64,000 bases of DNA, from assembly GCA_054600435.1 (NCBI GenBank), contig BAAIJX010000012.1, positions 124,001 through 188,000 on the forward strand. Direction: 5' to 3'. How positions within the stretch are numbered: position 1 is the first letter of the stretch; each line of letters opens with the position of its first letter. Below, piece by piece: positions 25,053 through 37,649 of this stretch. The DNA is from Neophaeotheca triangularis. Its lineage: Eukaryota. The notes under the pieces are model-generated. The model did no database searches and was not told the DNA's origin. It saw only the letters and a list, made by a program, of their open reading frames with translations. The translations under genes and the position numbers were made by a program.

Positions 25053-26880
25053 TGGATATGATCGTCCTAGAATCGGTGCACGACAGGGCTGGTATCATTG
25101 AAGGCGGTAGGCGATATGGCGGCCCCCGGGAAAGCTTGAGCGACGATTAGGTAGCGATCTGTTGGATCGACCAGCCAAATAAAGGTATTCTGTAGCTGGA
25201 ACAAAGTGTCAATGTAGCGGTAGCAAAAGGACAAACGAAGCCAGAGTCCGGCTCGAGTGTGTTGCTGCTCGCTCGGGTGCAGGTTTGCCAGACCAGCCGG
25301 GCGGCTTGCCAACTCGAGCTTCACCTGCCCCTGCGCCGGGGAATGGTTTCGTTTGGCGTTTGGGAGTAGTGTGTATCTAAGCCAATCGTTTGCCGAGATT
25401 TCGCGAGTGCTCCTCACACAGCAAACGTCATGGGTGAAATGGAAGTGAGACAGATAACAATTACATGCCCCTCTTCCCCAAAACGCTCGAGGGCAAAGGG
25501 AGGAGAAACAGAGTTTAAAGGTTGTCAGGAGAGGGATGTTTGTTGATACCAGGCGCGGGAAGAGTTTTTGAACTTGGAAGCGGCACTCCCGCCGCGCATG
25601 AACAGATTATCATCATTATTATTGTTATTGCTGCACGATGCAATTCTTTGCCTTTCGGCGCTCGGCCAGTGGATGGCCCAGTGACAGCATGGTAGGAATC
25701 AGCCGGGAAAAAACGAGGCCCGGTGGTGGGTTCTTGCTTTTGGGCAGGCCTGCTTGCAAGCTACTCTACTAGTAATAACTAGGTTAGTACTCTGAAGAGG
25801 AGGCAGAGATGCGGGAACAGCGTGGCTCCCGTCTGCTTCTTCACCGCCATGTCGTTGCGTGGGGAGCTCCCTGCAGTAGGAGGTAATAAGTTCGGTTACC
25901 TAGGTACGGCACGTTACGTTACGTTACCTAGTAACTTAGTGGTACCTAAGGTAACTCAGTGGTAGACCGGGCAAGGCCCGCCGCGCAACTCTACCTAACT
26001 TACTAGTAGTAGTCTCTAGTAGCAGCTCGAGGTGGAGCGTGGAGAAAGCTCTCCATTTGGTGGAGGCTTTTTACTTTTTACTACTACTTTCAACTTCCTT
26101 GTCAACTTTCGACCGTTGCAGTAGCGCCCCATGCCCGAAACCCACTCTCATCGCAGCCTGAAGAAACCCGAGCATGTGTCGGTAAGGCCTCGACAATCGA
26201 TGTGTTGCACGACATGACCATGGGCGTAAAACGTGTCCATCTACATACCTTGGGTATGATCTCGCCCTGTCGACCGACAGGCGTACAGAGACACCTCTAG
26301 ATTCTCGTCGGTCTGGAAATGGGTGGACGGGGGTCGAGGCGTCGGTAAAGCAGCTGCCCAACGAATAGGTAGGTAGTTAATGCATGCCAGCACAGCGTGG
26401 CAAGCCTTGCGTACTACTACCCACCTTACGCTCACTTCGGGCCTACCGGGTAGCGAAGGCGGAAGAAGTTTTCGTGTCTCAACGTACCTTAGGGTAATCT
26501 CCGAATCATCGCTATGAAAGATGAGGCCTGGTTAGGTGGTACTATAGCTATGTATATGCGAGAACAGAGAGGTGCGGTGACTGTCGTTGGCTTATAGGAG
26601 GTACAGAGCGCTGTCCAAAAGCAACAGGCACGTCTGGAAAAAAGCGCTTGCTCAGATCGCCGGTCGGCCACAAGCTCAGATGGCGACTGCCGGCATACGG
26701 TAAGTCTGTTCGGTATCTATAACACAGTATTGCTAGGGTATCTATATATGTGTGAAAGTATTGTTTCACTACATCGACAATTGCCACGGTATGTTGACAA
26801 GGTATCCTTTCCCGAAACTCCGCGCTCAAAATTCAGCCTCAATGATCCCGTCGATAGGCATTGAGACAGTACGACTTTGC

Positions 26881-29648
26881 TCATTGGTATTCAGCAGCCA
26901 ACGCCTTCTTCACCCCCTCGAGCTGTCGCCTCAACGCCCTTCGATCATAACTGCTCTCTTCCGTTTCGTGAAAGCGACTACAAGTCTTTCTCAGCTCTTC
27001 GACTACTCCGAACAGTAATGCCTTGTCTTTTAGACCCAATGGTTTCCCATGCGGATGGTCTAGCAGCGCATTCACAGCTACAGACGCTGGGTCTTTGACC
27101 TGCTGTTGCGGGCTCATCGGTGGGCTCTGAAAAGGTGTAGTCGGGCGTTTCCATGCTGTCGAGGCAGGCATTGTGCGACTGTTTTCAGTGTGTTGTGGCT
27201 TATGCATACCCACGCCGGAATCGGCGCGGTCTGAAGATGAACCTTGTCGCTGGTGAGCATTGATATTGCGGCCACTGTAACTACGTGAGGGTCTCGGTGT
27301 AGTTGTCGAGCTCGAGTTGATCGAAGGCGGGAACGGCCAGTTGAGTGCACTTTTCCGGCCGTCGCTGGGAGACGGGGTTTCGTGATCTTCATCAGCTGTC
27401 GCGAAAGATTGCAGGGTACTCGCACTTTCTGAAGACTCGGTGCGCCTGTGGTACAAATTTCTTTCTATCTTGCGAAGCTCTTCGGGGGTCTCTGGCGTAG
27501 GTGGTGGGAAGTTGGCTGATGTTTTCGCAAAATTATCATCCATCTCCTGATGTGGTGCTTTTGCAGTCTCGACAGATGTAACGGAGCCATCGCTGGACTT
27601 CGAACTGCGCCGGCCTCTGTTGTAAGACCCAAGAGCGCTATGCAGAAAGAAGTGTTCGTAGTCGAATGCGTCTGCGCGGTCCTCATGGGCCACCATAGGG
27701 GCTTGCTTGTCCTTGGCGTCTTCGTATATACTCTCATTGTCTGAGACAATATGATCGTAGTCGGGAATGGGGTCCACACCAGAATCCAACGGAGAAATCA
27801 GGCCATCTTGAGGTGTATAGGAATGAACGGTCTCGTCATCTTTGAAGGCGCCTGGCATTTCCCTACTCAATGCGCGTTGGTGATGCGGATATCGAATCGC
27901 TGCCGGTTCCACGACCGCAGTCCCGCTGGGTGTGCGTTTGTGCTGAGAGTTGACGGCAGTGTTAGCATATCCCTGAGAAGATCGAGATTTGCTCGCGCGA
28001 CTCTCACGCCCGCTCTCATACTGCGCGGCTTCTGCAAATGCATTGCGACTACCCCCTTTCTGAGGTAGTCCTTCATATGGAACTTGTGTATGTTCAAAGC
28101 CTTCATCACCTTCCTCTTCAAGCGCGCCAACGCCTGCATCATCGTCGCCGCTGCCGCCAATGCTGTTACTTGGTGGAGGCACGTGAAACATTGCAGGCGT
28201 TTCAATCTCGGCATTGTTCAAGGGTGACGGAGTGCGCAACTTCTGCAAGCTCTGCCTCCTGAGGTTGTCTTCTCGATTGCGCTCCTTCAGACCTGCAATC
28301 TTGCCGTGCAGACTGCTAACCTTTTCTCGCAAGTTGTCAGCATTGGATGATGGACGATGTAGACCCCTGTTCCTTATGCCGTCAGGACTCGGAGTCGTGG
28401 TATTGCCAGTTTCGTCTTCCGCAAGCGGCTCCAGCGTCGAATCAGGCGAGCCTCTGTGGTTTCTCGGACGGTCGCGAGACCCCGGACGCTGGTATCCATT
28501 GCTACTCCTTAGCGTCTCTTGACTTTGTGAGATCCAAAGCCTGGATGACCAGCTTGGCTCATCAGCTCTCTTGACTGGTATCCTTCCCTTTCTCAAAAAG
28601 TTTCCTGACTTTGCCATCGCTGTCTGTGGACGGTCTGGCACTGTACTCTCACTGAACCCTCGCGCGTGAAACTCGCGTCCCATTGTCGGGGAGCTGGCTT
28701 GGGAATGCAAAGTCCGTTGGACGGGCTGGGTCGATGGCTCGTTCTGAGGAGCATCGGGCGCAGGGCGGGCCTTGCTGCTGTACTTGGAACCTGGACTGAT
28801 ATCCGATGGCCCGAGGGAGGTCGCTCGACGGAGGTTGGCTGCAGTCAAAGGAGCGACTAGGTCTCGCGCACCTCGTAGGTTGCCTTCCATTAGCTATTAA
28901 GAAGTTAGCAAGGCTTTTCAAGTTGATCGAGCAACCTGGTACGTACGTTGAGTCTCTTTTTTGCATTGGCAAGAATCTCTTCCGCTCTTCTACTGAGCAC
29001 AGCAGAATTATGCTCCTCTTGAGCTTTGCGTTGAGCTTCTCCGCCCCCTTCAACGCTGACAGAGTAGCCATACTCCAAGTCGTCGTCAGTGGTATCGCCC
29101 AAAGCTTCGTACTTCCTCAAGAAGCTCGGTATGGCCGCAAAATCCTCGCTATTGAATGAGCTGGCGCCAGTGCTAATTCGCTTTGAGTCTGATCTTGTCT
29201 CAGGTGCTAAATTCCCCGAATCTGAATCAACGGGAAGAGAAGCTTCGAGCGCGAAACGCCCGAGATCAGTTCCATCATTCATGCCACCATCCTGCTTTTG
29301 TGGCGTTGGCTCTTGCGCATGTGCACCATTCGCGTTTATGCCGCTCCCATTTCGGCTCCTCAGTAGCATCATCTTCCGGCTCATCAATCCGCGCTTCTCC
29401 CGCTTGGGTGGATAATGCGATCCTCCATTGAAGCTTTGCATTCTGCGTTTTTGAGAGCTCTCCTCGTCGTTTGTTCCGTGCTGGAAATCTTTGAGGTATG
29501 TCGGGCTCGGTGGACTGGGGGTTGTCGAAGGTGAACGAGCGTCGCCTTCACCGAAGCTGCTCGGTAAGACCATGTCCGGGTTGGTGAGAGTCGGAGACGG
29601 CAAGCTGGGCAGCGGTTTCTCCATCGAAGACACTGTTCGCGCCGTCAT
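26881..29648 (-). CDS. Conserved fungal hypothetical protein (Ser-rich, coiled-coil segments); exons 29648-28947, 28893-26881
   Basis: The junction LSRRAEEILANAKKRLN|LMEGNLRGAR is made by a 53-nt intron GTACGT..CTAAC..TAG. Other motifs are PSPTLTNPDMVLP and HEDRADAFDYEHFFLHSALG. Confidence 0.82.
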
Positions 29649-30266
29649 GGCTTCTACCGCGGAGGCTGCAGCTGTTTCTCTTGAAGTACGCAGTGCAGCA
29701 CCCAGCCGAGACTAGCAGGGGTCGTTCATGAGTCGCTATGATAATGCGATAGACTGGAATCTGGCAACCCCTTGAACCCCGTCACTTTCCGCGCAAAGAA
29801 GGCGTCGTGGCGTTCGTGAGCGAGTCGGCAAGGGTATTGGAAAGCCGTGGCACGCGCAATGCGATAGCTCACAAAGGAGAAGTTACAAGGTTTGGGCGAT
29901 TGGCGTAGTCTACCGCGACATGGAGGTATGTATGATGGAGCGGCCGTTGGGCCAAACCCGTCGTGCTGGAGCCGATTTGGTGATGGATCGGTAAGGTATT
30001 CAGTAGCTTTCAGGAACGGGGAAAGCGCGTTTCATAAGGTTGACTAGTCGTATATAAGTTATGCTTAATCCGAGTGAACCATTGGGGATCCATGATATTC
30101 ATCACATCAGTATTCAGGGTAAGGGTTTGGTTTGTATACTCGCCTTTCAGACCACCAAGACGACGGTTGGGTCAATGTTGTCGCAGGAACGAGTTTTCGG
30201 CGGTTTTCGACACATCGTGGGCATGAGTCGTTTGTTTTACATCAAACCTCCAAAGCTCCATGGACA

Positions 30267-30917
30267 TCAACTGTTCTTAGGCTTGGGTTTCCTGACGCAA
30301 GCCCTTCTCAACTCAACCTCCTCAACACCAAACGGATGCAAGTCCTCCTCATACTCCATGACAACCTCAAAACCACAGCTCAAATACAATCCCAACCCAG
30401 CCTTAGAAGCGACCAGTACACTCAGCGCCCCTCGTTCATCGGCCTTCTCACAGCCCCAATCGACCAACATCCGCCCTGCCCCTCGCCTGTGATGCAGAGG
30501 ATGCGTGGCCAGAACCTGTAAATTCGCAAATGGCTCCTCCGCGAAGAACTTGCTCTGGAATCTTTCCCAATTCCCCCGCATAGTGTCCAACATACCCGTC
30601 CCATGACAGGACTTGGCTGGCGCATTTGAAAACTCATCCTTCCCCAACCGCGACTCGCGATCGTCCACTTCGAGGTCGAACTTCCACAACGCTCCGGCGA
30701 TGAGCTCGTCGTTCAAATCTGTATCGACGACCTTGAGCCATGCGAGAGTGCTGTCGTTGAAGCTCGCTCGCGTCCATTCTTCAACCAGGGTCTGGCGTGA
30801 GCGGTTGTCTCCAGGTGCCATGGCTTGCGCGTAGCCCCAGTTCTTCGTCGCCGCTTCATCGACCGCGGCGAAGGCTGCGATGTCCTCTTCTTCCATGAGA
30901 GAGAGTCGGAGGGGCAT
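30267..30917 (-). CDS. GNAT family N-acetyltransferase
   Basis: Acetyl-CoA motif A LATHPLHHRRGAGRMLVDWG and motif B ASKAGLGLYLSCGF. Confidence 0.88.
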   Translation of the reverse strand: MPLRLSLMEEEDIAAFAAVDEAATKNWGYAQAMAPGDNRSRQTLVEEWTRASFNDSTLAWLKVVDTDLNDELIAGALWKFDLEVDDRESRLGKDEFSNAPAKSCHGTGMLDTMRGNWERFQSKFFAEEPFANLQVLATHPLHHRRGAGRMLVDWGCEKADERGALSVLVASKAGLGLYLSCGFEVVMEYEEDLHPFGVEEVELRRACVRKPKPKNS

Positions 30918-32024
30918 GATCGGCGATCAGTTCGCTTCTACTCGGGGCGTCTCTAGAAAGGATAAGTGGTAGTAAGTGACTCTTTTGTTTTTGACTTTAG
31001 CACCTGTGGTGACAAGACCAAAATCACGTCCTAGAGTGTCCCCGCGATGCTCAGTGGGCGATGGCCGTTGTTGAGTTGGTGTCTCGGCAGGACCTGCTAC
31101 ATAAGAAATGCAAGCTGGACTGGAAGGATACACTCTCTGCACGTGTCCAGGTCTGGCCAAAATGACGGTTCATGCACCTTGCCTATACCATTTGCTGCAT
31201 TTGCTGAGGTACAATTGAAAGTGACGAGAAGCAGCGTCGCACATAGCGACATTGACGCAAAAGCGACGAGTGACAAGTTCAACACCGAGGAGAGGACTGA
31301 AGCCCTCAATACTGGCGGCTGCCCGCGATTAGAGAGACTTGGTCAACTCGAAAAGTTTGTGGACACCCAGATAGAGACCGGTTCCTTTTTAAATAATGGT
31401 AACTACCAGCAAACAAAAAGCAACACGAAATGATCAGACCATGAACTCGAGGGGATTATTATTATTGAAATCGATGCGGCTTTGCTCGGCGAACAATCAC
31501 CCCACTCGGAACTTGATTTCCTTTGCGGCTCTCCTCAGGACTCCTCCTTGCATCTGCATGTGTCGATCAAGCTCTTCCAAGAAGCAACAATCTAACTCCC
31601 GTCGTTCGCAGGTGCGCAGATGCTTTTGGTTCGCCGATGACAAGAAAGTAGCTCGGGGAGTATGGAGATGTAATAATACCTGTATCTCTCGTCTTGTGGA
31701 GGTAATCTCGACTTCCTCTACCTGATTCATCTCCAGCAGGTACTACGATACCTTACTCATCTGGCAATCGATCAAGTCACAACCACCTCTGGAATCAGAA
31801 TGTGGAAAAGTACCAAAGGTTGCAGGTGGTGTTGGTGTGGTTTCTCCACGAAATAATCAAGCATCCCTGGTGCATTACCTTCCAATTGTCCGACCCGTCG
31901 GAACGCGCGTGAAAGGTGACGCAGGACATGTCGACTCGTCGAGCTCCAGCACGCGCCCAGAAGCATCAAGACGACAAGAATTGTTGCTCGCCCTCGAGCC
32001 ATCTGCTCTACTACAGATCACGTT

Positions 32025-33985
32025 ATGACTACCTTTGATCCCGCCAATATCCTCCCCAACGACCACCTTCCAGAAACTCATCCGCAAGACATCGACGACA
32101 AGCTGCTCTATCCTATCGCAGGCGGATCCCAGCCGGCATTCGGCGCACCTGCCGTCACAACCATGTCTGCTACTCGATCTCACCCGTCTGTGAGCCCACC
32201 GAGTGTCTTCGACGACGAGCCACGACTCGAACAATCGACTGAGCCCACAACGGCATTGGGTTCTGGGAGTCCTGACGAGCCTGCCTCGTACGACCTCAAA
32301 CCGCCGCCGCCTTCCGTCCAGCATGACAATGTCGAGGCTCTTTCGCAAAGACTGTGGTCCGCCGATCACCTGAACACGATCCTCTTCGATCCCACCCAGT
32401 CAGGCCGCTTCACCAACTTCTTAAACCAATATCGACCTCAACATGTACCCATTCTCACTCGCTACATGGAAACGAGAAAGGCCATCAGCGCCATCGAGTA
32501 TGCCAATGCTCTCGCCGAACAGATTGTAGCTCCCTCGGGTCATCGTCCTTACATTGCCGCACACCTCGATGATCGTTTCGAGGCAAAGTCGAGGCGCATA
32601 GTGGAGGAGCTCGTGGAAGAGGCTCTTCCAGCCTACATAACAAATAGACTATGTGGGATGGCCACAGAAACGTTGGTGAAAGAGGTGACTGGCAATGGCG
32701 CCCCCGTCCTGCGTGAGCTGATACCGAGTTTGGCGGAGGTCTACTGCGTCTCGGACCCCAGCCTGCCTGACAACCCGATCGTGTATGCTTCGGAGGAATT
32801 CTACAATACTTCGCAATACGGCCGCGAGTATGTAATTGGTAGGAATTGTCGCTTCTTGCAGGGCCCAAAGACTTCGAATGCTACGGTGAAGCGCATGGTC
32901 GACGCCCTCACTACTGGTCAAGAGATCTGTGAGACGATCTTGAACTACAGACGAGACGGATCGCCTTTCATGAATCTCCTCATGATCGCTCCACTATACG
33001 ACAACAAGGGCACTGTCCGCTACTTTCTCGGCTGCCAGATTGACGTCTCGTCCCTCATTGAAGGTGGCCGAGGGTTGGAATCGTTCTCGCAATTGTTGGC
33101 GAAAGATCGAGCGGAAAGTCGATTCGGAGACAAAATGGACAAAGATCCCAAGCACGTTCTCGGCGAGCTGGGCTCGATGTTCACGGACGAAGAGGTGGGC
33201 GTTGTGGGCAATCGAAGCAGCAGACAGAGCCGAGACAGCGCGAGTGCGGCCAACAACAGGACATCGCAAAGGCATGGCCATCAAGGAAGGCGGATACTAG
33301 GCATGGACGACACCCCTGCCGAGCGAGCCTTATGGCCACACCCTAGCTTGGGGCCATCTGGACGGCTGCCGGGTGTCTATCAAAACGTATGTCTCATCGA
33401 TCGCGTGAAGCAGAAGTCATTTGGGGGCCTTGCTGACCACTCATCTCACAGTATCTCCTCGTCCGCCCCTACCCCTCCCTCCGCATCACCTTCACCTCAC
33501 CAGCTCTCCGAATCCCCGGACTCCTGCAAACCAAATTCCTCGACCGCGTTGGCGGCCCCCAACATGTCCGCGAAGGCATCATCGACGCACTGTCGCATGG
33601 CCAAGGCGTGACCGCCAAAATCAGCTGGCTAACCAACAGCCCGCTCCAAAGCAACGAACGCGAACGCAACAGCCTCAGTCTCGAAGGCAAACCGCGCTGG
33701 ATCCACTGCACGCCGCTACTGGGCAGCGACGAGCAAGTCGGCGTCTGGATGGTGGTGATGGTCGAGAACGAAGAAGTCACCGGCACGCTCAACCGCCGTC
33801 CGAGCGACACCGCGCAGGCTTTGGGCTCGGGTTCCCAGGCTGGTGCCGCCGATAAGAGGTTCACGGGCAACAAGCTTTATGCCGAGTACCTGCGGCGCGA
33901 GGGCGGAAGTGGAGGTGGTGGGAGCCAGAGGACGCAGAACTCCATCCCCATACGAGGGAGTGGAGATCATTTCCGCGACTTTTAA
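32025..33985 (+). CDS. RGS-like + LOV + PAS-like (DUF) blue-light photoreceptor; exons 32025-33386, 33452-33985
   Basis: DPSLPDNPIVYASEEF...GRNCRFLQG...LNYRRDGSPFMNLL...FLGCQIDV (LOV with Cys, two Asn and Gln). The intron joins GVYQN|YLLVRPYPSLRITFTSPALRIPGLLQ, followed by RWIHCTPLLGSD. Confidence 0.9.
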
Positions 33986-35035
33986 TGGCGGTTCAACGGG
34001 GGTTGTTGTAATTTTGGGCGCATTTGCACACGAACTACTCGACTGGGACGGCGCATCCTGGGCAACGGTACCATCGATTTGTACGATATGTGTTTGGCTG
34101 AAGCGCTTCACTTGTGCATATTCATCACGAACGCTTTTCCCCTTTCTGACTTTGAACCCGTCTGGGGATAACGTGGCTTCTTGCTGTTAATATGCATGCA
34201 GCTGCGAATATGCGGGCTCAGAGAGCTCGGACATCTCGACAGGCGCGCAATCCTTCACGATCGAGACCCGATCTTTCGATCATGCTACGGAACAGGTCGA
34301 AGAGCAGTTTTTGGCTGAACAGCTATTGGACGGATCTAGATTATCCATGAGCTACGTGGGACTTCTTCGAAGACAGACGAAAGAATTATCCCGCCGGACG
34401 CCTGACCTACCCAGAGCAATCCTATTGCAGCTATCATCGAAAAATCTCGGTATCATAGGCCACAGCCATTGCATACTGGGCGGAAGATCAGGGATCCTAC
34501 CCGGAATCTGGGAGCCTGGAGGTACTAGAACGAGGTACTAGTACTACAAGTCGTCCAGCCCCGATACGGTCGCGGGTCCTCTCCCACCGATCCGCGTTCT
34601 ATAAGCTACGTTAAGAGTGATCGACCGCGCAGCTTTGCATGGCAGCGGGAAAACGGGGGATGTTGCCGAAGCCTTTGACTGCTTTCGGCGCTTATTAGTA
34701 TATTGTACTTAGCTATTTCTACATAATACGGCCGTACTTCGTCGTCTTGTGCAAGCTGCAGGGGCTTGGTGCGGCCGGTATGTACTAGGAACTTTTACGT
34801 GCGTAGGGACAAGAGGCCCGTGGTCCGTTGTGGAGGGTGTAGTAGGTAGGTGATGGAGGCGTCTTCGCGGTTTTGAAGTTGCTGTGGGTATATGAGAAGC
34901 TGGTCGCTGTCAGTGAATCTTGTCGTTCTTGACCGAGAAACGTGAGTTATATCAAACAAGACCAACTCGCTCTTCCATCGACGTGGATAACGGGAATACG
35001 ACCGATATCGACCTTGCTACCGACTAGTCAACAAG

Positions 35036-35982
35036 ATGGCCTGCTCTTGGGGCACATGCTCATTGCCAGAAGACCCCATCGAGTACTCCATCTTCCAATA
35101 CAGACCATCACTCGGAGGAAATGCTGCGTTGATCGCACTCTTTGGGATCAGCTTTGCCATCCACACCTATCAAGCTCTTCGATCTCGACTTTGGACGTTT
35201 GGCACACTCATGATGCTGGGATGCGCTTGCGAAATGATCGGTTATGGAGGCCGCATTCTCATGTGGCAAGACCCCTGGAGTTTCGAAGCCTTCATCATGC
35301 AAATCGTCTGCATTACCATAGCCCCCGTATTTGTGACGGCGGCAATATACATCACGCTGTACAAAAGGTAGGCCTCAACCGCTCCTCAAATCTCAAATTC
35401 AATTCAATCCATACTGACAAAGCCACTCCCAGCATCCTCAAGCTCTCCCCCTCCAGCGCCCGCTTCAAACCATCCCTCTACTTCCAAATCTTCATCCCCT
35501 GCGACATCATCTCCCTCGTCCTCCAAGCCGTCGGCGGCGCCATGTCCTCCAACTCCGACGGCTCCTCGCAAGCCGGCGTGAACATCGGGCTCGCGGGCCT
35601 CGCCTTCCAAGTCGCAGTCCTAGTCGCCTTCATCGCCCTCTGCGCCGACTTCGCTTTCCGCTATCACCGAAACATCAATAACGACCGCATCCTCACGAAT
35701 CCTCTCGGCAGGCGCTTTGTATTCTTTCTGCTGTTTTTGAGCTTCGCTACGCTTACCATCTTCATTCGCTGCACGTTTCGGATTTACGAGTTGAGTGGTG
35801 GGTATACTGGCCCGGCTTTGCACAATGAGGGTGAGTTTGTCGGGCTGGAGAGTTGCATGATTGTTTTAGCGACTTTTGCGCTTAACATTGGTCATCCTGG
35901 GCTTGTGTTTGAGAAGGGTAATGGTAGGGCGGCTGTGCCGAAGGAGAGGGATAGGTATCAGATGCCGATGGGGGAGATCTGA
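35036..35982 (+). CDS. RTA1-like (lipid-translocating exporter family) 7-TM protein; exons 35036-35367, 35433-35982
   Basis: YRPSLGGN, EMIGYGGR, TIAPVFVTAAIY, FIPCDIISLVLQAVGG, GLAFQV, IRCTFRIYELSGG and HPG motifs. Confidence 0.9.
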
Positions 35983-36464
35983 TGCGGTCATTCAATTGAG
36001 CGAGGCGGCCCTGATGACAAGCCATGAGCACTCTTACCATTTATCGTATCGAGGCTGTGAGATAATTTGTTTCTTTGAGCGACTTTCAGGCTCGAGCATG
36101 ACCGAGAGATGGATCAATGCTGTCCGTGTTCGTTTAAAGGCTGGGCGCCCACGCCGCAGCAGAACCCCACGCAGAAACAGCCGCTGCGGTTTTCTATCAC
36201 AGCCTCACTGCGATCGTGACTCCGGCGGGCGTAATCAATAGTTTGTTACTTGGATTTCGCGGTGGATCGCCTTCTCGCAGGCCGACCGTGATAATGGCTG
36301 TGCCGGATTCGATACTGCGCGACTGCTCCGCCCCTTTCGTGTGGCCATACTCAAGAATACATTATGTAGGACTACGGCCTCGCTCTGAAGGCCAGGGAAG
36401 AAAGCACCATCACGGAAGAAAGATTACACTTCTCGAGTTTGTACCTTCAGCAATACTATAGATC

Positions 36465-37544
36465 ATGGACGACTTCAGCGAAGCTGTCATTCCTCTCAAT
36501 ACTTTTACACATGTCCTCAAAGGCGTTGTCGTCGCCACCAAAGCGCCGGATAGCTGCACAAGACTCTTGTCCGACTGGCTGAAGGACCTCGAGACTGGCA
36601 GCAAGAAAGTGTGCCAATGGCAGGACTCCGACGCCTGCTCGGCTGCGCCAGAGGAGTGTGCCCTCAGCGTAGATACTTGGCGCAAAAGAATACACGAAAC
36701 ATCGTGGACCACGGAATCAAGACAACTCATCGAACTGACCATCGCCGTCGCCTTGCTAAGAGACACCTCAAGACACCACAAGGGAACCTCCTCTGAGCAA
36801 ATCGATCAGATCTGGAACATTGTGTACGACGTCCTTACCCAGCCAAACGAGAGCCAGCTCGAATTCGTCGCTACAAGGGGCGCCCAAGGCTTCTTCGCCA
36901 TCCCACTGTGCAGTCTACTGGAGAACGGAAGCATCAAAGAACTAATCAGATTCCACGTTTGGCTGCCAGATGGCGAGCGAGGTCTCCAGGCAATATCGAC
37001 GCACGCTCACCAGCCCTTTGCGGAAAGCTTCATTCTGGCTGGCGTCGCGGCGGATCATACGTATGATTCCGAAGCCGTTCAAGACGTTGCGACCGCGACG
37101 CACGCAGAGTACGCTCTGGAGTGGCGCAATGGTTGCAAAGCCGGGAAGGAGTACAGCACCCATCGCCCGAGTTCGACTATTGTGAACACTGGCAAGCTCG
37201 TGCGAGTATCAGAGAGGAGGAGCCGGGTCCATTCTCGGGATATGAGATATGATGTGCCGGCGGGTGTGCTCCATTACAGCGGAGTGCCGGCTCGGAAGTT
37301 CCACGCAACGTTGTTCTTCTTCGACGCCGAACGTGGTTTTGTGCCTGATGCTGGCGTCGTGGGTCCCAAGGATGGCACCGAGTATACTGCACATCGTATT
37401 CCGGCGGCTGTGACGGGGCGCGCTCTTGCGAAGATGGCCAACGCTGTACGGAGTTGGGAGAAAGGCAGGCCAGAACGATCACTCTGGGACGAAGAGGATG
37501 AAGAGGTCTTGCGCCTGTACTGTCAAATATTCGCACCCGTGTGA
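36465..37544 (+). CDS. Cupin-like (double-stranded beta-helix) domain protein of unknown function
   Basis: Intact 359-aa ORF. LIRFHVW...STHAHQPFAESFILAG and YDVPAGVLH...ATLFFFD resemble cupin motif 1 (HxH) and motif 2 (PAG..H). Confidence 0.75.
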   Translation: MDDFSEAVIPLNTFTHVLKGVVVATKAPDSCTRLLSDWLKDLETGSKKVCQWQDSDACSAAPEECALSVDTWRKRIHETSWTTESRQLIELTIAVALLRDTSRHHKGTSSEQIDQIWNIVYDVLTQPNESQLEFVATRGAQGFFAIPLCSLLENGSIKELIRFHVWLPDGERGLQAISTHAHQPFAESFILAGVAADHTYDSEAVQDVATATHAEYALEWRNGCKAGKEYSTHRPSSTIVNTGKLVRVSERRSRVHSRDMRYDVPAGVLHYSGVPARKFHATLFFFDAERGFVPDAGVVGPKDGTEYTAHRIPAAVTGRALAKMANAVRSWEKGRPERSLWDEEDEEVLRLYCQIFAPV

Positions 37545-37649
37545 TGAGGCGCTGGGTAAAATGGTGGATAAATTCGTTTCGCCATATGTGGGAGGTTTCG
37601 AGGCCTTGATTCATTTCTGCAGATCCAGAAGGATCATAGGGCAATATCA

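Noticed and set aside
31047..31850. Short ORFs between the GNAT and LOV genes
   Set aside because: No recognisable domain or consistent splice model; possibly relics.
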